From Scyliorhinus canicula (lineage: Eukaryota), in NCBI RefSeq assembly GCF_902713615.1, contig NC_052148.1, forward strand, positions 228,431,336 through 228,495,335: a DNA stretch of 64,000 nt, read 5' to 3'. Below the pieces are notes generated by a model that saw only the letters and a list, made by a program, of their open reading frames with translations, searched no databases and had not been told where the DNA came from. The stretch's first letter is position 1, and every line of letters begins with the position of its first letter. Shown here in pieces: positions 47,043 through 58,419 of this stretch. Both the position numbers and the translations under genes were made by a program.

Positions 47043-48735
47043 AGGGGATCCACCGGCCCTGTCGACCCTCACTGTGGCAGAGCAGAGGGCCCTGGACGTG
47101 GTCGGTGGCCTGGAGGAAAGGGAGGCCGCAGGTGTAGAGTTCAGCCACGGGCGAGGAAGTGAGATCCTGTGGAGCTGTAGTGCCCCATGCCATGTGTGTC
47201 AACCCCAACCCCAACATCACCCTTGCCCTTTCCCCACACCACCCCATCCCACCCTCACCTTCAGCATTACCCTCACCCCCACACCACCCTCACCCCATAC
47301 CACCTTCAGCCTCACCCCCACCCCATACCACCCTCACCCCGACCCCCACACCACCCTCACCCCCACCATCCCCCCACCCTGCGGTCTAGTCATGCATCGT
47401 GTCTTGTGTCTGCTGGTGATGGGGCGGGTCCATCCGTTGTTCCCCCGTCCCCAGCCAGTGCCACAGCTGGAGCACCCCCACCCCACCGTGAGCGAAGCAC
47501 TGACGAGGAGAGCAGCTCCGTCAGCAGCCCTCGACCCGAGACTCAGAGACACCTCGGTTGGGCATTTTAGTGGAGGCTCCTGGGACACCACCTGGTGCTC
47601 ACCACCCAGCTCCACATCAGGTGGAGGTAGGAACGGCCAAGGGGGCGGACTGTCAGAGGGCAGGCCGAATCCAGGGACTAGCAGCCGTCCAGATGGCTTT
47701 TGGGCTTCTGGAACGGACAGTCCCATCGACTGCGGAGATGCAGTCGCAGAGCCAAGGACTGCATGAGGGGTTGTCAGTGAGCAGCCAGTACCCGCCAACG
47801 CAGGTTCAGGAGTCCAATCACATGCAGGGGCAGGAGATGGTGCCAACCATGGGAGCCACCCAGGACAACATAGCACAGGTGGCAAGGATTTTGGCTATGG
47901 ATCGGCATTACCAAGGCCTGGGGCATTCAGTGCAGGCGCTGGTCAAGGCCCAAGATGCGGTGTCCGTGCCCCTGGCCAGTTTCCCTGTGAACCTGGAGAC
48001 AATCAGAGCGTCACGTGCACGTTGGCCCTCCAGCATACACGTCGTGGGGCCTCACGGGCATACCTGAGCCCCATGTCCTGCCCTCCCTCATCCTCCTTGT
48101 CGGATGAGGCCTGCCGTTCATCCTCCTCCTCCTCCAGCACGTCGCCCCTCTGCCGTGATGTTGTGGAGGACACAGCAGGCCACCACGATGCAGGCGACCC
48201 TCTCAGCATCACACTGGAGGATCCCTCCAGAGTGGTCCAAGCACCTGAACCACATCTTCAGGACCCCGAAGCACCGCTCGATCATGCCCCTGGTTGCTGC
48301 ATGGGCGTCATTCTGGCGGGCATGTTGGCAATGGCGGCGAACCTCGATGCCCATGCAGCATCCTGGTGGGCTCGGTCCACCGTGAAATGGAGGTACCGAG
48401 CTGACTGGACATATAGGGTCTCCATGACGGAGCGGATACAACTGTGAGACCCCGGACAGGTTGCCAATCGGTGCCTGGACGTGCCCCGTCGCGTAAAACC
48501 CACCGGAACCAAGTGCTCTCCCCCAGACACCCGCTATGCCAAGTGTGCCATGATCTGGCTGATATGTCGCACTGTCTCCCTGCTCAGCCGGAGTCTTCAT
48601 CGTCATGCCCGGTCCAGCAGGCGCTGCCGGCACACACGAGGCCTCATGCGGCACTCCTTTGCACCTCCTCCTCTTCGGCCTGTTGGGTGGCCAGCTCTCC
48701 TTCCTGGGTGGCTGCCTTCTGTTGCTCTGGGGCTC

Positions 48736-50349
48736 GCTCTACTGCTCCACGCTCCGCTGCTCCACGCTCCGCTGCTGCACGCTCCGCTGCTGCATGCTCC
48801 GCTGCTGCATGCTCCGCTGCTGCATGCTCCGCTGCTGCATGCTCCGCTGCTGCATGCTCCGCTGCTGCATGCTCCGCTGCTCCACGCTCCGCTGCTGCAT
48901 GCTCCGCCGCTGCACTCTCCACTGCTGCCCTATCCGCTGCTGCATGCTCCACTGCTGCACACTCCACTGCTGCCCTATCCGCTGCTGCCCTATCCGCTGC
49001 TGCATGCTCCACTGCTGCACTCTCCACTGCTGCCCTATCCGCTGCTGCCCACTCCGCTGCTGCCCACTCCGCTGCTGCCCACTCCGCTGCTGCCCTATCC
49101 GCTGCTGCCCACTCCGCTGCTGCCCTATCCGCTGCTGCATGCTCCACTGCTGCCCTATCCGCTGCTGCCCACTCCGCTGCTGCACTCTCCACTGCTGCCC
49201 ACTCCACTGCTGCCCTATCCGCTGCTGCCCACTCCGCTGCTGCCCTATCCGCTGCTGCCCACTCCGCTGCTGCCCTATCCGCTGCTGCCCTATCCGCTGC
49301 TGCCCACTCCGCTGCTGCCCTATCCGCTGCTGCATGCTCCACTGCTGCCCTATCCGCTGCTGCCCACTCCGCTGCTGCACTCTCCACTGCTGCCCTATCC
49401 GCTGCTGCCCTATCCGCTGCTGCCCACTCCGCTGCTGCATGCTCCACTGCTGCCCTATCCGCTGCTGCCCACTCCGCTGCTGCACTCTCCACTGCTGCGC
49501 TATCCGCTGCTGCATGCTCCACTGCTGCATGCTCCACTGCTGCACACTCCGCTGCTGCACACTCCGCTGCTGCATGCTCCACTGCTGCATGCTCCACTGC
49601 TGCATGCTCCACTGCTGCCCACTCCGCTGCTGCACTCTCCACTGCTGCACAGTCCGCTGCTGCCCACTCCGCTGCTGCACTCTCCGCTGCTGCCCACTCC
49701 GCTGCTGCAGCTTCACTGCTGCCCTATCCGCTGCTGCCCACTCCGCTGCTGCTCACTCAGCTGCTGCCCTATCCGCTGCTGCATGCTCCACTGCTGCCCA
49801 CTCAGCTGCTGCACTCTCCGCTGCTGCCCTATCCGCTGCTGCCCACTCAGCTGCTGCCCTATCCGCTGCTGCATGCTCCACTGCTGCACACTCCGCTGCT
49901 GCAGCTTCACTGCTGCCCTATCCGCTGCTGCACACTCTGCTGCTGCACTCTCCGCTGCTGCCCACTCCGCTGCTGCAGCTTCACTGCTGCCCTATCCGCT
50001 GCTGGATGCTCCACTGCTGCACTCTCCACTGCTGCACACTCCACTGCTGCCCACTCCCCTGCTGCACTCTCCACTGCTGCATGCTCCACTGCTGAACGCT
50101 CTGGTGCTGCACACTCCGCTGCTTCCCGCTCCGCTGCTCACTCTCCACTACTGCACTCTCCACTGCTGCCCGCTTCACTGCTGCACTCTCCGCTGCTTCC
50201 CGCTCCGCTGCTCACTCTCCGCTGCTGCCCTATCCGCTGCTGCATGCTCAACTGCTGCACGTTCCGCTGCTGCATGTTCCGCTGCTGCCCACTCCGCTGC
50301 TGCACAGTCCACTGCTGCCCACTCAGCTCCTGCACTCTCTGCTGCTGCA
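48736..50349 (-). repeat. 15-bp tandem repeat (about 105 units) encoding AAAEH/AAAEW/AAADR/AAVES on the - strand
   Basis: Units such as CCGCTGCTGCATGCT, CCGCTGCTGCCCTAT and CCGCTGCTGCCCACT. Occasional 11-14 nt units (for example GCTTCACTGCT near 49710) shift the frame. Confidence 0.95.
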
Positions 50350-50735
50350 ACTTCCTCTTCCTCCTCGAGCAGCTCCAGGGGCGGGGGTATGGCGGTGGGT
50401 GGGGTGCGGGGCTCGGGGCACCTGTACGACCGGTGTCACTCTGCAGAATCATAGGCCAAGATGGGTGGTCAGTGGGGTGCGCAGCAAGATGGCTGCCTTG
50501 CAGGCCATGGCAATGGCGGTCCGTGCCTGGACACCACCCCAATCTCGTGGGGGAGGGGCTGGTTCATCCTGGCCCATGGCCAGTCCCGTGGTAATCCCTC
50601 CCCTCCCCTTGGCCCTGGCAGGGCCCTCCCAACCCCAGCCAGCCTGGCCAGTGTTTGGTCTGACAGCCCACAGTCACCCTCTCCATGTCCTACCTCCTCT
50701 CTCTTCCTCATCCGCCACGTTGCTGGTTTCACGAC

Positions 50736-51009
50736 TGTGGTGAATGTGTAACTGGTAATTCACACTGTACCTTACTGTTGTCCCTGTGGGCCCCATCTGT
50801 GAGCCCCTGTTGCGGCTCTGCCCACAGGTGGAGATGAGGAGCTTGTACAGGGCTCTGCTCTAAGCTCCGCCCCCTTTAGGGAGTATAAGTGCTGCGGTCC
50901 TGCGAGTCCGCCCTCAGTATCGTGCAGTAGCAGGCAGGCTCAGTTGTAAGCCGATTAAAGCCACAGTTTACTCCAACTCATGTCTCAGAGTGAATTAATG
51001 GTCGCAACA
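50736..51009 (+). mobile_element. Solo LTR (274 bp), 5-bp TSD ACGAC
   Basis: TGTGG...CAACA termini. ACGAC at 50731-50735 and 51010-51014. Internal TATAAG and ATTAAA. Confidence 0.92.
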
Positions 51010-52221
51010 ACGACTTTTAAAAGCACAAGTGAACCGCACCATCGGGAACTCTGCCCATCGGAGGAGGAGAACACAGAGGCCCCGGAGAATACTGCGTCAG
51101 GCCCGCTAATGATATGCAAATGGTGTTTACTGTACGTGCATTCGGTACACATTGACGCCGCTGTCGAGGTGACGGAGAATCACAATTTGGCATTAAATCG
51201 GCACCCGCCGTGATTTCCACGTCAAACCAATTCTCCGCCCAATCGCATTCCCCGATTTCAGCGTCAGCCAATGGAGTCTTCACCCAAGAACTTTAAGATA
51301 TAGACACTGCTTATCCGGAAACCAATGTAAATCAGTGAACATTGCAGGCAGAAAGGGACACCCCCCCCAAGATTACTGGGAAGGGGCCCAGCCTTTACTG
51401 ATGCAGCCAACCTTTACTATTACTTTCCTCATTTCCTGTCAGTTCTTAAGGCTGAAAAACTGCAGTTTGAGAAATACACAACAGATAAAACTCAAAAGCA
51501 AAATTTATTAAAAAACCAACAGGAAAGGGTAAAATATCCCTACAAACAAAACCATCTACTCACCACAGTAGACTTATCAGCTTTGCTGCACAGTATCGTT
51601 CAAGTAGCACTTATTACTGACAGAACCCAAGTCTGAGAATCATTTTCCAACAATGGCGCCATCTAGTGCTGTGTTTGATAAAATCCTTCCTCTAATAGAG
51701 CTTGCTTGAGCAAGGTTTTGCAGCACCCACCACTTTTACTGCCCTGCTTAACACATACAGCATCATATATCGGGCAAATGAAACACTAATGATTTCCCAT
51801 TACCTTGGGCGTCATTTGCAAAGACGCCATTTGAATTTTATTAAACAGCGCCTCATTAAAGTGCAAATTCTGTTATTAAACGCTGTGGTGGTTGTACTGT
51901 AACATTCACTTGCTTCGATTTGACCTATTCCCTAAATCTAAAACATTGCAAGAGAAATCAATGTAACCCTTTATTAGGTTGGATAAAGACTCTGGCAGAC
52001 GAGCCTAGGCTGTGGATTTCATAACACCATAAGTTCTTAATGATATCAACATTTTGTATCTTTTCCCTCTATTGGTCATGGGGAAAGCTGCAAAGAATTC
52101 ACTGTGGCTCTCATTCAAGCTTTGTCAGTTTCACAGTCAGCTCTATTTCACCACCCTCTGGTTTGGCCCCTCTAATGCCTCTGATTGGTCAGACTATTTG
52201 CCCAACTATTAAGGGGAGGTG

Positions 52222-52460
52222 ATAGCAGAGTGGTATTGTCACTGAGGACCAGGGTTCGAATCCCCCAACAGCAGCTAGTGAAATTTGAATTCAGTTATCT
52301 AGAATTAAAAGTCTAATGACCCATCTGGTTCACTTTAGGGAGGGAAATCTGGCATATATGTGACTCCAGATCCCCAGCAATGTGGTTGACTCTGAGGTGC
52401 GGCAAATCACCCAGTTCAAGGGCAATAAATGCTGGCCCAGCCAACGATGCCCACATCCAA
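52222..52460 (+). mobile_element. tRNA-derived SINE with L2-type tail
   Basis: GGTTCGAATCCC B-box-like motif and tail AATAAATGCTGGCCCAGCC. Confidence 0.65.
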
Positions 52461-52789
52461 CAAACTAAAACTAATAGATTAGATTTAAAAATTAGACAAA
52501 CACCACATCCCCTCATTGGTCGGAGGGTGGGTACTGGGGCCTCGATTATTTTTTCATTGTAGAACTTCCTAGACACATGCTCTGGACATAGCCTCAAAAT
52601 TGGAGAATCCAGCCCTTAATCTCAGAAATGGAGAATCCCGCACACAGTGTTCGACAATTTATCTACGCCTTGCTATGTAGGTTGCAATGGTCTCCCCTGA
52701 CGCTCTCCCCATGGAACTGAAATTGAATTGGTGCAAGGTCAGGGAGAGCTTTGGGTGGTAGTGCCCTCTTACTAAATTCACAATTTCTA

Positions 52790-54372
52790 TAAATGAGTTT
52801 ACACCGGGCAAGTTTGGGGATGTAAGGCTATGGATTAAATTATTAATTTAGGCCTTGCACGCATTAACAATATTGCCTTTTCCTTCCCCTCCTCCTTAAC
52901 TCTCTTTGCTCTGAAGAAAAATTCTAGTCGCTCAACATTTCGTAACCGATGTTCAGCAGAGGGGTTGAAGGGATTCACTCGACCCACTATAGGCATGTCT
53001 GCACCTCGCTTCTCCTCCGCAAATGTGACTTCGATTTGACCAGGTTCTGAGTTGATGATCTTGCAAGTGTATTTGCTGCTTTCTTTTACCTCATTGCCAA
53101 ATAACTTAGCTCCACAAGTGAGGTACAAACAATAATTCCCTTCACGGGTTGAAATGCACCAATAAATGCGATGAATGTAACAATTGCTTGACTCTTTTAA
53201 AAGCTTCTCTCTGGGCGTCTTCCAAACCCAACACTTGTTTTTCTTTAGTAGCATTTGCAAAGGGACCAATAATGTGGAGAAACCTGGCAGAAAAAACCCA
53301 TAGTGATTTACCATTCCTAAGGATTGTCATAATATACACATCAATACATTATGGTGCAGACACACACTGATTGACACACTACAAGACCAATCAACACACA
53401 CAACACCGCAGCCAATCACCAGTTAGAGCACACTCACTATAAAGCCAGAGGGCATCAGTTTTCCCGCTCATGCGGGATGCAGCCTCTGAGAAGGACAGAG
53501 CTCACAGCTTGTAGCACAGATCTTTGCCATGTGCTGAGAGTATAGACTGGTTAGGATAGGCATAGGTCTTCAGTTTAATCTAACACAGTGTCGACCCACA
53601 TTGAAAGTATGTTCAACAGTTTATAGCTTAATAAAATAGTGTTGTACTATTTCAAGTGTTGGTAGCCTGTATGTGTTACTGCTAAGGTAAACACAGTCTC
53701 CACAAATCCAGAGTACCCACCACATCAGGGATGACTTGAGCTCAGATGTGTTTCTGGGAGCTGGTTCCTTCTTTATTGCTCTGACATTGTCTTTCCTGGG
53801 GTTTAATCCTTGTGCATCCACAAGATTCCCCAGATAGGCAACATCAGTGGCTTGAAAAGTACATTTTTCCTTCTTGAGTCATATTCCGGCCTCTTGAAAT
53901 GTCTTTAGCACCTCCTCTAAGTTAGCGAGGTGATCAGCTTCTGATGGTACAGTTATCAAAACATCATCCAGATATACTATGACTCATAGCAGACGCAGAC
54001 CTTATAATAAACTTTCCATTGTTCTCTGGAAAAGAGCACATGCCAATGACACATCCAAGGATAGGCATGAAACAAACCTTTGTGTGTGTTTATCTTTGCA
54101 TAACCTTGGCAAGCCTTGTTTAACTCAGGTTGCTGATATGTTTGGCTCATGTCTAGTTTTCTATAAGACTGACCTCCAGCCAACTTTGCACACAAGCCTT
54201 CAACCTTGGCAGGCTGATTAACTGTTAATTTGTAGTCTCCACAGATGAGGATGGATTTGTCAAGCTTTAGTAGGGGACTATGGGTATTGTCCACTCCGTG
54301 AAATGAACTGGCTGGATAATACCCAGTTCTTCCAATCTCTTCAATTCCGTGTCCAACTTTTCTCGCAAGGCA
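52790..54372 (-). mobile_element. Gypsy pol remnant (RT and start of RNase H), followed by a gag-like N-terminus
   Basis: ICGDYKLTVNQ, INTHKGLF, YLDDVLIT, PAPRNTSELKS and EAFKRVKQLL motifs; then MPIVGRVNPFNP...VERLEFFFRA near 52860-52997. Confidence 0.85.
53325..53727 (+). mobile_element. Solo LTR (403 bp) inserted in Gypsy pol, 5-bp TSD AGGAT/GGGAT
   Basis: TGTCAT...ACATCA termini, internal TATAAA and AATAAA. Splits the pol motif ELKS|LGMVN. Confidence 0.88.
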
Positions 54373-54379
54373 TATGGTA

Positions 54380-54790
54380 CATAAGAACATAAGAAGAAGG
54401 TGCAGGAGAAGGCAATTCAGCTCCTGGAACCCACTCCACCATTCAATACGATCATGGCTGATCTCCTTCAGCCTCAACTCCATTTTTCTGCTTGTTCTCC
54501 ATTACCCTTCAATCATTACTAATTAAAAATCTATCTATCTCCTCCTTAAATTTACTTAATGTTCCGGCATCCACCGCACTCTGGAGTAGTGAATTCCACA
54601 ACAGATTCGCAACCATTTGAGAGAAGTAATTTCTCTTCATCTCTGTTTTAAATCTGCTGCACCTTATTCTAAAACTATGACCTCTCATTCTAGATTTCCC
54701 CACAAGAGGAAGAATCCACGATACGTCTACTTTATCCATACCTTTTATCATCTTATATACCTCAATTAGATCTTCTCTCAGTCTTCTAAA
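54380..54790 (-). mobile_element. CR1 3' fragment
   Basis: RGHSFRIR..FKTEMKRNYFSQ motif; (TTATGTTC)n-type tail. Confidence 0.88.
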
Positions 54791-55321
54791 CTCTAGGGTG
54801 GAAAGGCCTAACAGCTGGATGAAGTCCTACGTGCTGAATTTAGGGAGTTTGGAGCTAAACTAAAAAGTAGGACCTCAAAGGTGGTAATCTCAGGATTGCT
54901 ACCAGTGCCGTGTACTAGTCAGAGTAGGAATGACAGGATAGACAGGATGAATGTGTGGCTTGAGAGATGGTGCAGGATGGGGGTATTCAGATTTTTGGGA
55001 CATTGGAACCGGTTCTGGGAGAGGTAGGACTAATACAAATCAAACAGTCAAGACACGGGCAGGACTGGAAACAATGTCCCAGGGTGCTTGTTTGCTGGCG
55101 CTGTTGGGGAGGGTTTAAACTAATGTAGCAGGGGGGTGAGAACAAACGCAGGAAGTTAGAGGCTAAAAAAGAGGGGATAGAAACAAAAGTCAGTAAGGGG
55201 AAAAGTGGAAGGCAGAGAAACAGATTGAACTGAATTTATTCAATGCAAGAGGCCTAACAGATGAACTCAGGGCATGGATAGGTACATGGGACTGGGATAA
55301 TATAGCTCTACTGAAACATGG

Positions 55322-55667
55322 CAGGGCAGCACGGTAGCATGGTGGTTAGCATAAATGCTTCACAGCTCCAGGGTCCCAGGTTCGATTCCCGGCTGGGTCA
55401 CTGTCTGTGTGGAGTCTGCACGCCCTCCCCGTGTGTGCGTGGGTTTCCTCTGGGTGCTCCGGTTTCCTCCCACAGTCCAAAGATGTGCGGGTTAGGTGGA
55501 TTGGCCATGCTAAATTGCCCGTAGTGTCCTAATAGTAAGGTTAAGGGGGGGGAGTTGTTGGGTTACGGGTATAGGGTGGATACATGGGTTTGAGTAGGGT
55601 GATCATTGCTCGGCACAACATCGAGGGCCGAAGGGCCTGTTCTGTGCTGTACTGTTCTATGTTCTAT
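55322..55667 (+). mobile_element. Young HE1-type SINE inserted in CR1
   Basis: Near-identical to 26212-26560; ATGGC on both sides. Confidence 0.92.
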
Positions 55668-56557
55668 GGCTGAAGGAGGGGCAGGACTGGCAGCTCAATG
55701 TTCCGGGGTACAGATGCTATAGGAAACATATAGCAGGAGGTAAGAGAGGAGGGAGAGTTGTGTTTTTGATTAGAGACAGTATCACGGCAGGAGAGAAGAG
55801 GATATAGCCAAGGGTTCGCCCACTGAGTGTATATGGGTAGAACTGAAAAATAAGAAGGGTGAGATCACTTTGATAGGACTGTACTATATGCCCCCAAATA
55901 GTCAGAGGGAAATTGAGAAGCAAATATGTAAGGAGATTGCAGATAGCTGCTGGAAAAATAGGATGGTAATAGTAGGGAACTTCAACTTTCCCAACATTAA
56001 CTGGGACAGCCATAGCACTAGGGGTTTGGATAGAGAGAAATTTGTCAAATATTCAGGAAGAATTCCTCATTCAATATGTGGATGGCCTGACTAGAGAGGA
56101 GGCAAAACTTGACCTCCGCTTGGGGAATAAGGAAGGGCAGGTGATGGAAGTGTTCATGAAGGATCACTTTGGGACCAGTGACCATTATTCCATTAGTTTT
56201 AAGATAGCTATGGAGAATGATAGTTCTGGCGCAAAAGTTAAAATTCTAAATTGGGACAAGGCCAATTTCGATGGTGTTAGGCTGGAACTTTCAAAAGTTG
56301 TTTGGGGCAGCCTGTTTACAGGCAAGGGGACAGCTGATAAGTGGGAGTCTTTCAAAAGGGTGTTAACTAGGGTTCAGGATGAGCACATTCCTCTTACAGT
56401 AAAGGATAAGGCTGGTAGAAGTAGGGAACCCTGGATGACTCGGGATATTGAGGCCATGGTCAAAAGGATGAAGAGGCATATGACATAGACAGCTGGGATC
56501 AAGTGGAGCCCTAGAAGAGTATAGGGCTTGTCGGAGTAGAGTTAAGAGAGAAATCAT

Positions 56558-57252
56558 GGACGGTATTCTCCCCCGCCACACCGGCTGGGTGAATCACCGG
56601 GGCGCCGCGCGAATCGCGCCACGCTGCCCCGACCCAGCACACGATTCTCCCACCCCACCGAAACGAGCGCCACGAGAATCGCGCCAGGCCGCTCGGAGAA
56701 TCGCCGCAAATGGCGAGCAGCAATTCTCCGGCCCGGATGGGCCGAGCGGCCGCTCCGACCCGACAGGTTCCCACCGGCGCCGTCCACCCCTAGTCACTGC
56801 CGGCAGGAACTGTGCGGGAACGCTGGGAGGGTGGCCTGTGAGGGGGGGAGGGGGGCTCCTTCACCGGGTTGGGGGGGGGGGGGGGGGGGGGGGCTCCGAT
56901 GGGGTCTGGCCCGCGATGGCGACCCACCGATCGGCGGGCTGGCCTCTCCCCCCGCGGGCCTACATCCTTCGGCGGCCGGCCCCAGAACACCGGCGCCATG
57001 TTGGTGAGGGGCCGGCGCGCTTAAGAAGTTTCCTGCGCATGCGTAGGATGGCACGGCCCAACTGCCCATGCGCACCAATATGCGAATAAGCCGCGTAAGG
57101 ATGCTGGAGTGGCGTGAACCACTCCAGCGCCGTGCTGGCCCCCTGTGGGAACCAGAATAGGTTGTGTCCAGGCGCCTGTTCGTGCCGTCGTGAAACACAA
57201 CGGCGTTCACGACGGCACGGGCACTTAGTCCCGGAAGCGGAGAATCCCGCAC
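56558..57252. mobile_element. Harbinger-type MITE (695 bp) inserted in CR1
   Basis: Imperfect TIRs GGACGGTATTCTCC and (rc) GTGCGGGATTCTCC. 3-bp target CAT/CAG, consistent with a CWG target. CR1 rejoins as GAAATCAGGAGGGC. Confidence 0.88.
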
Positions 57253-57525
57253 CAGGAGGGCAAAAAAGGGGGCATGAGATTGTCTTGGCCGATAAGGCAA
57301 AGGAAAATCCAAAGAGCTTTTGCAGATATATAAAGGGCAAATAAGTGACTAGGGGGAAGGTAGGGCCTCCTAAGGATAAACAAGGTCATCTATGTGCAGA
57401 TCCACAAGAGATGGGAGAGATCCTAAATTAATATTTCTCATCAGTATTTACTGTTGAGAAAGGCACGAATGTTAGTAAGAAGTCTTACACCAGGATAAAA
57501 TCCAACAAGTTTGTTTCAAACACTA

Positions 57526-57557
57526 GCTTTCGGAGCACTGCTCCTTCCTCTGGTGAA
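57526..57557 (-). ncRNA. Degenerate hammerhead-ribozyme core in a Penelope-like terminal fragment (about 57475-57557)
   Basis: The - strand reads C-CAGAGGA-A-GGAGC-AGT-GCTCC-GAAA-GC: a perfect stem II between CUGAnGA-like and GAAA boxes. The core U is replaced by A. Confidence 0.55.
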
Positions 57558-58419
57558 TGTTCGGGAAATTGGGGAAATAAAACATGAGGAGTGCACATAT
57601 TACAGAAAAGGAGGTGCTGGAGGTATTAAGGTGCATCAAGATAGAATAATCCCCGGGACCTGATGAAATGTATCCCAGGACGTTGTGGGAGGCTAGGGAG
57701 GAAATTGCTGGCCCCCTAGCTGAGATACTTGAATCACTGACAGCCACAGGAGAGGTGCCTGAAGATTGAAGGGTAGCAAATATTGTGCCCTTGTTTAAGA
57801 ATAAGCCTAGGGATAAGCCTGGGAACTACAATCCGGTGAGCCTTACTTCTGTAGTGGGTAAGTTGTTAGAAGGTATTCAGAGGGACAGGATCTACAAGTA
57901 TTTAGACAGGGAAGGGCAAATTAGGCTTGGCTTTGTAAGGGGAAAGTCATGTCTCATGAATTTGATTGAGTTTTTGAAGGGGTAACCAAGAAGGTAGATG
58001 AGGGCAATGTGGTCAACGTTGTCTGCATAGACTTTAGCAAGGCCTTTGACAAGGTACCGCATGGTAGGTTGCAAAAGGTTATGTCTCACGGAATCCAGGA
58101 TGAGGTAGCCAATTGGATACAAAATTGGCTTCCCGATCGAAGCCAAAGGGTGGTTGTGGGTTGTTTTTCAAACTGGAGGCCTGCGACCAGTGGTGTGCCT
58201 CAGGAATCGGTGCTGGGTCCACTGTTATTTGTTATATATATAAATGATTTGGATGAGAACGTAGGAGGTACGGTTAATAAGTTTGCAGATGACGTCAAGA
58301 TTGGTGGCATAGTGGATAGTGAAGAAGGTTATATAAGATTGAAACCGGATCGTGACCAATTGGGCCATTGGCTGATGAATAGCAGATGGAGTTTAATTTG
58401 GACAAATGTGAGGTGATGC

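Larger units (their letters stand above)
47043..51285. mobile_element. Second two-gene Harbinger element (Myb-like remnant + at 47043-48000; nuclease - at 48000-50550) with internal deletion, 15-bp expansion and a solo-LTR insertion
   Basis: The - strand carries HAATRGMIERCFGVLKMWFRCLD, IVVACCVLHNI and RLRLSRETVRH motifs. Confidence 0.85.

Noticed and set aside
47190-47380. C-rich CACCCTCACCCC degenerate repeat (G4/i-motif candidate)
   Set aside because: Low-complexity intron of the Harbinger accessory gene; nothing ties it to host function.
48444-50594. 716-aa, 657-aa and 496-aa + strand ORFs; resemblance to antifreeze, keratin-associated or metallothionein-like proteins
   Set aside because: A stop-free 15-bp repeat opens all frames. 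Only the - strand frame connects to recognisable (Harbinger nuclease) sequence.
1938-55667. tRNA genes suggested by A/B-box-like heads
   Set aside because: All continue into SINE cores and tails and lack a complete cloverleaf.
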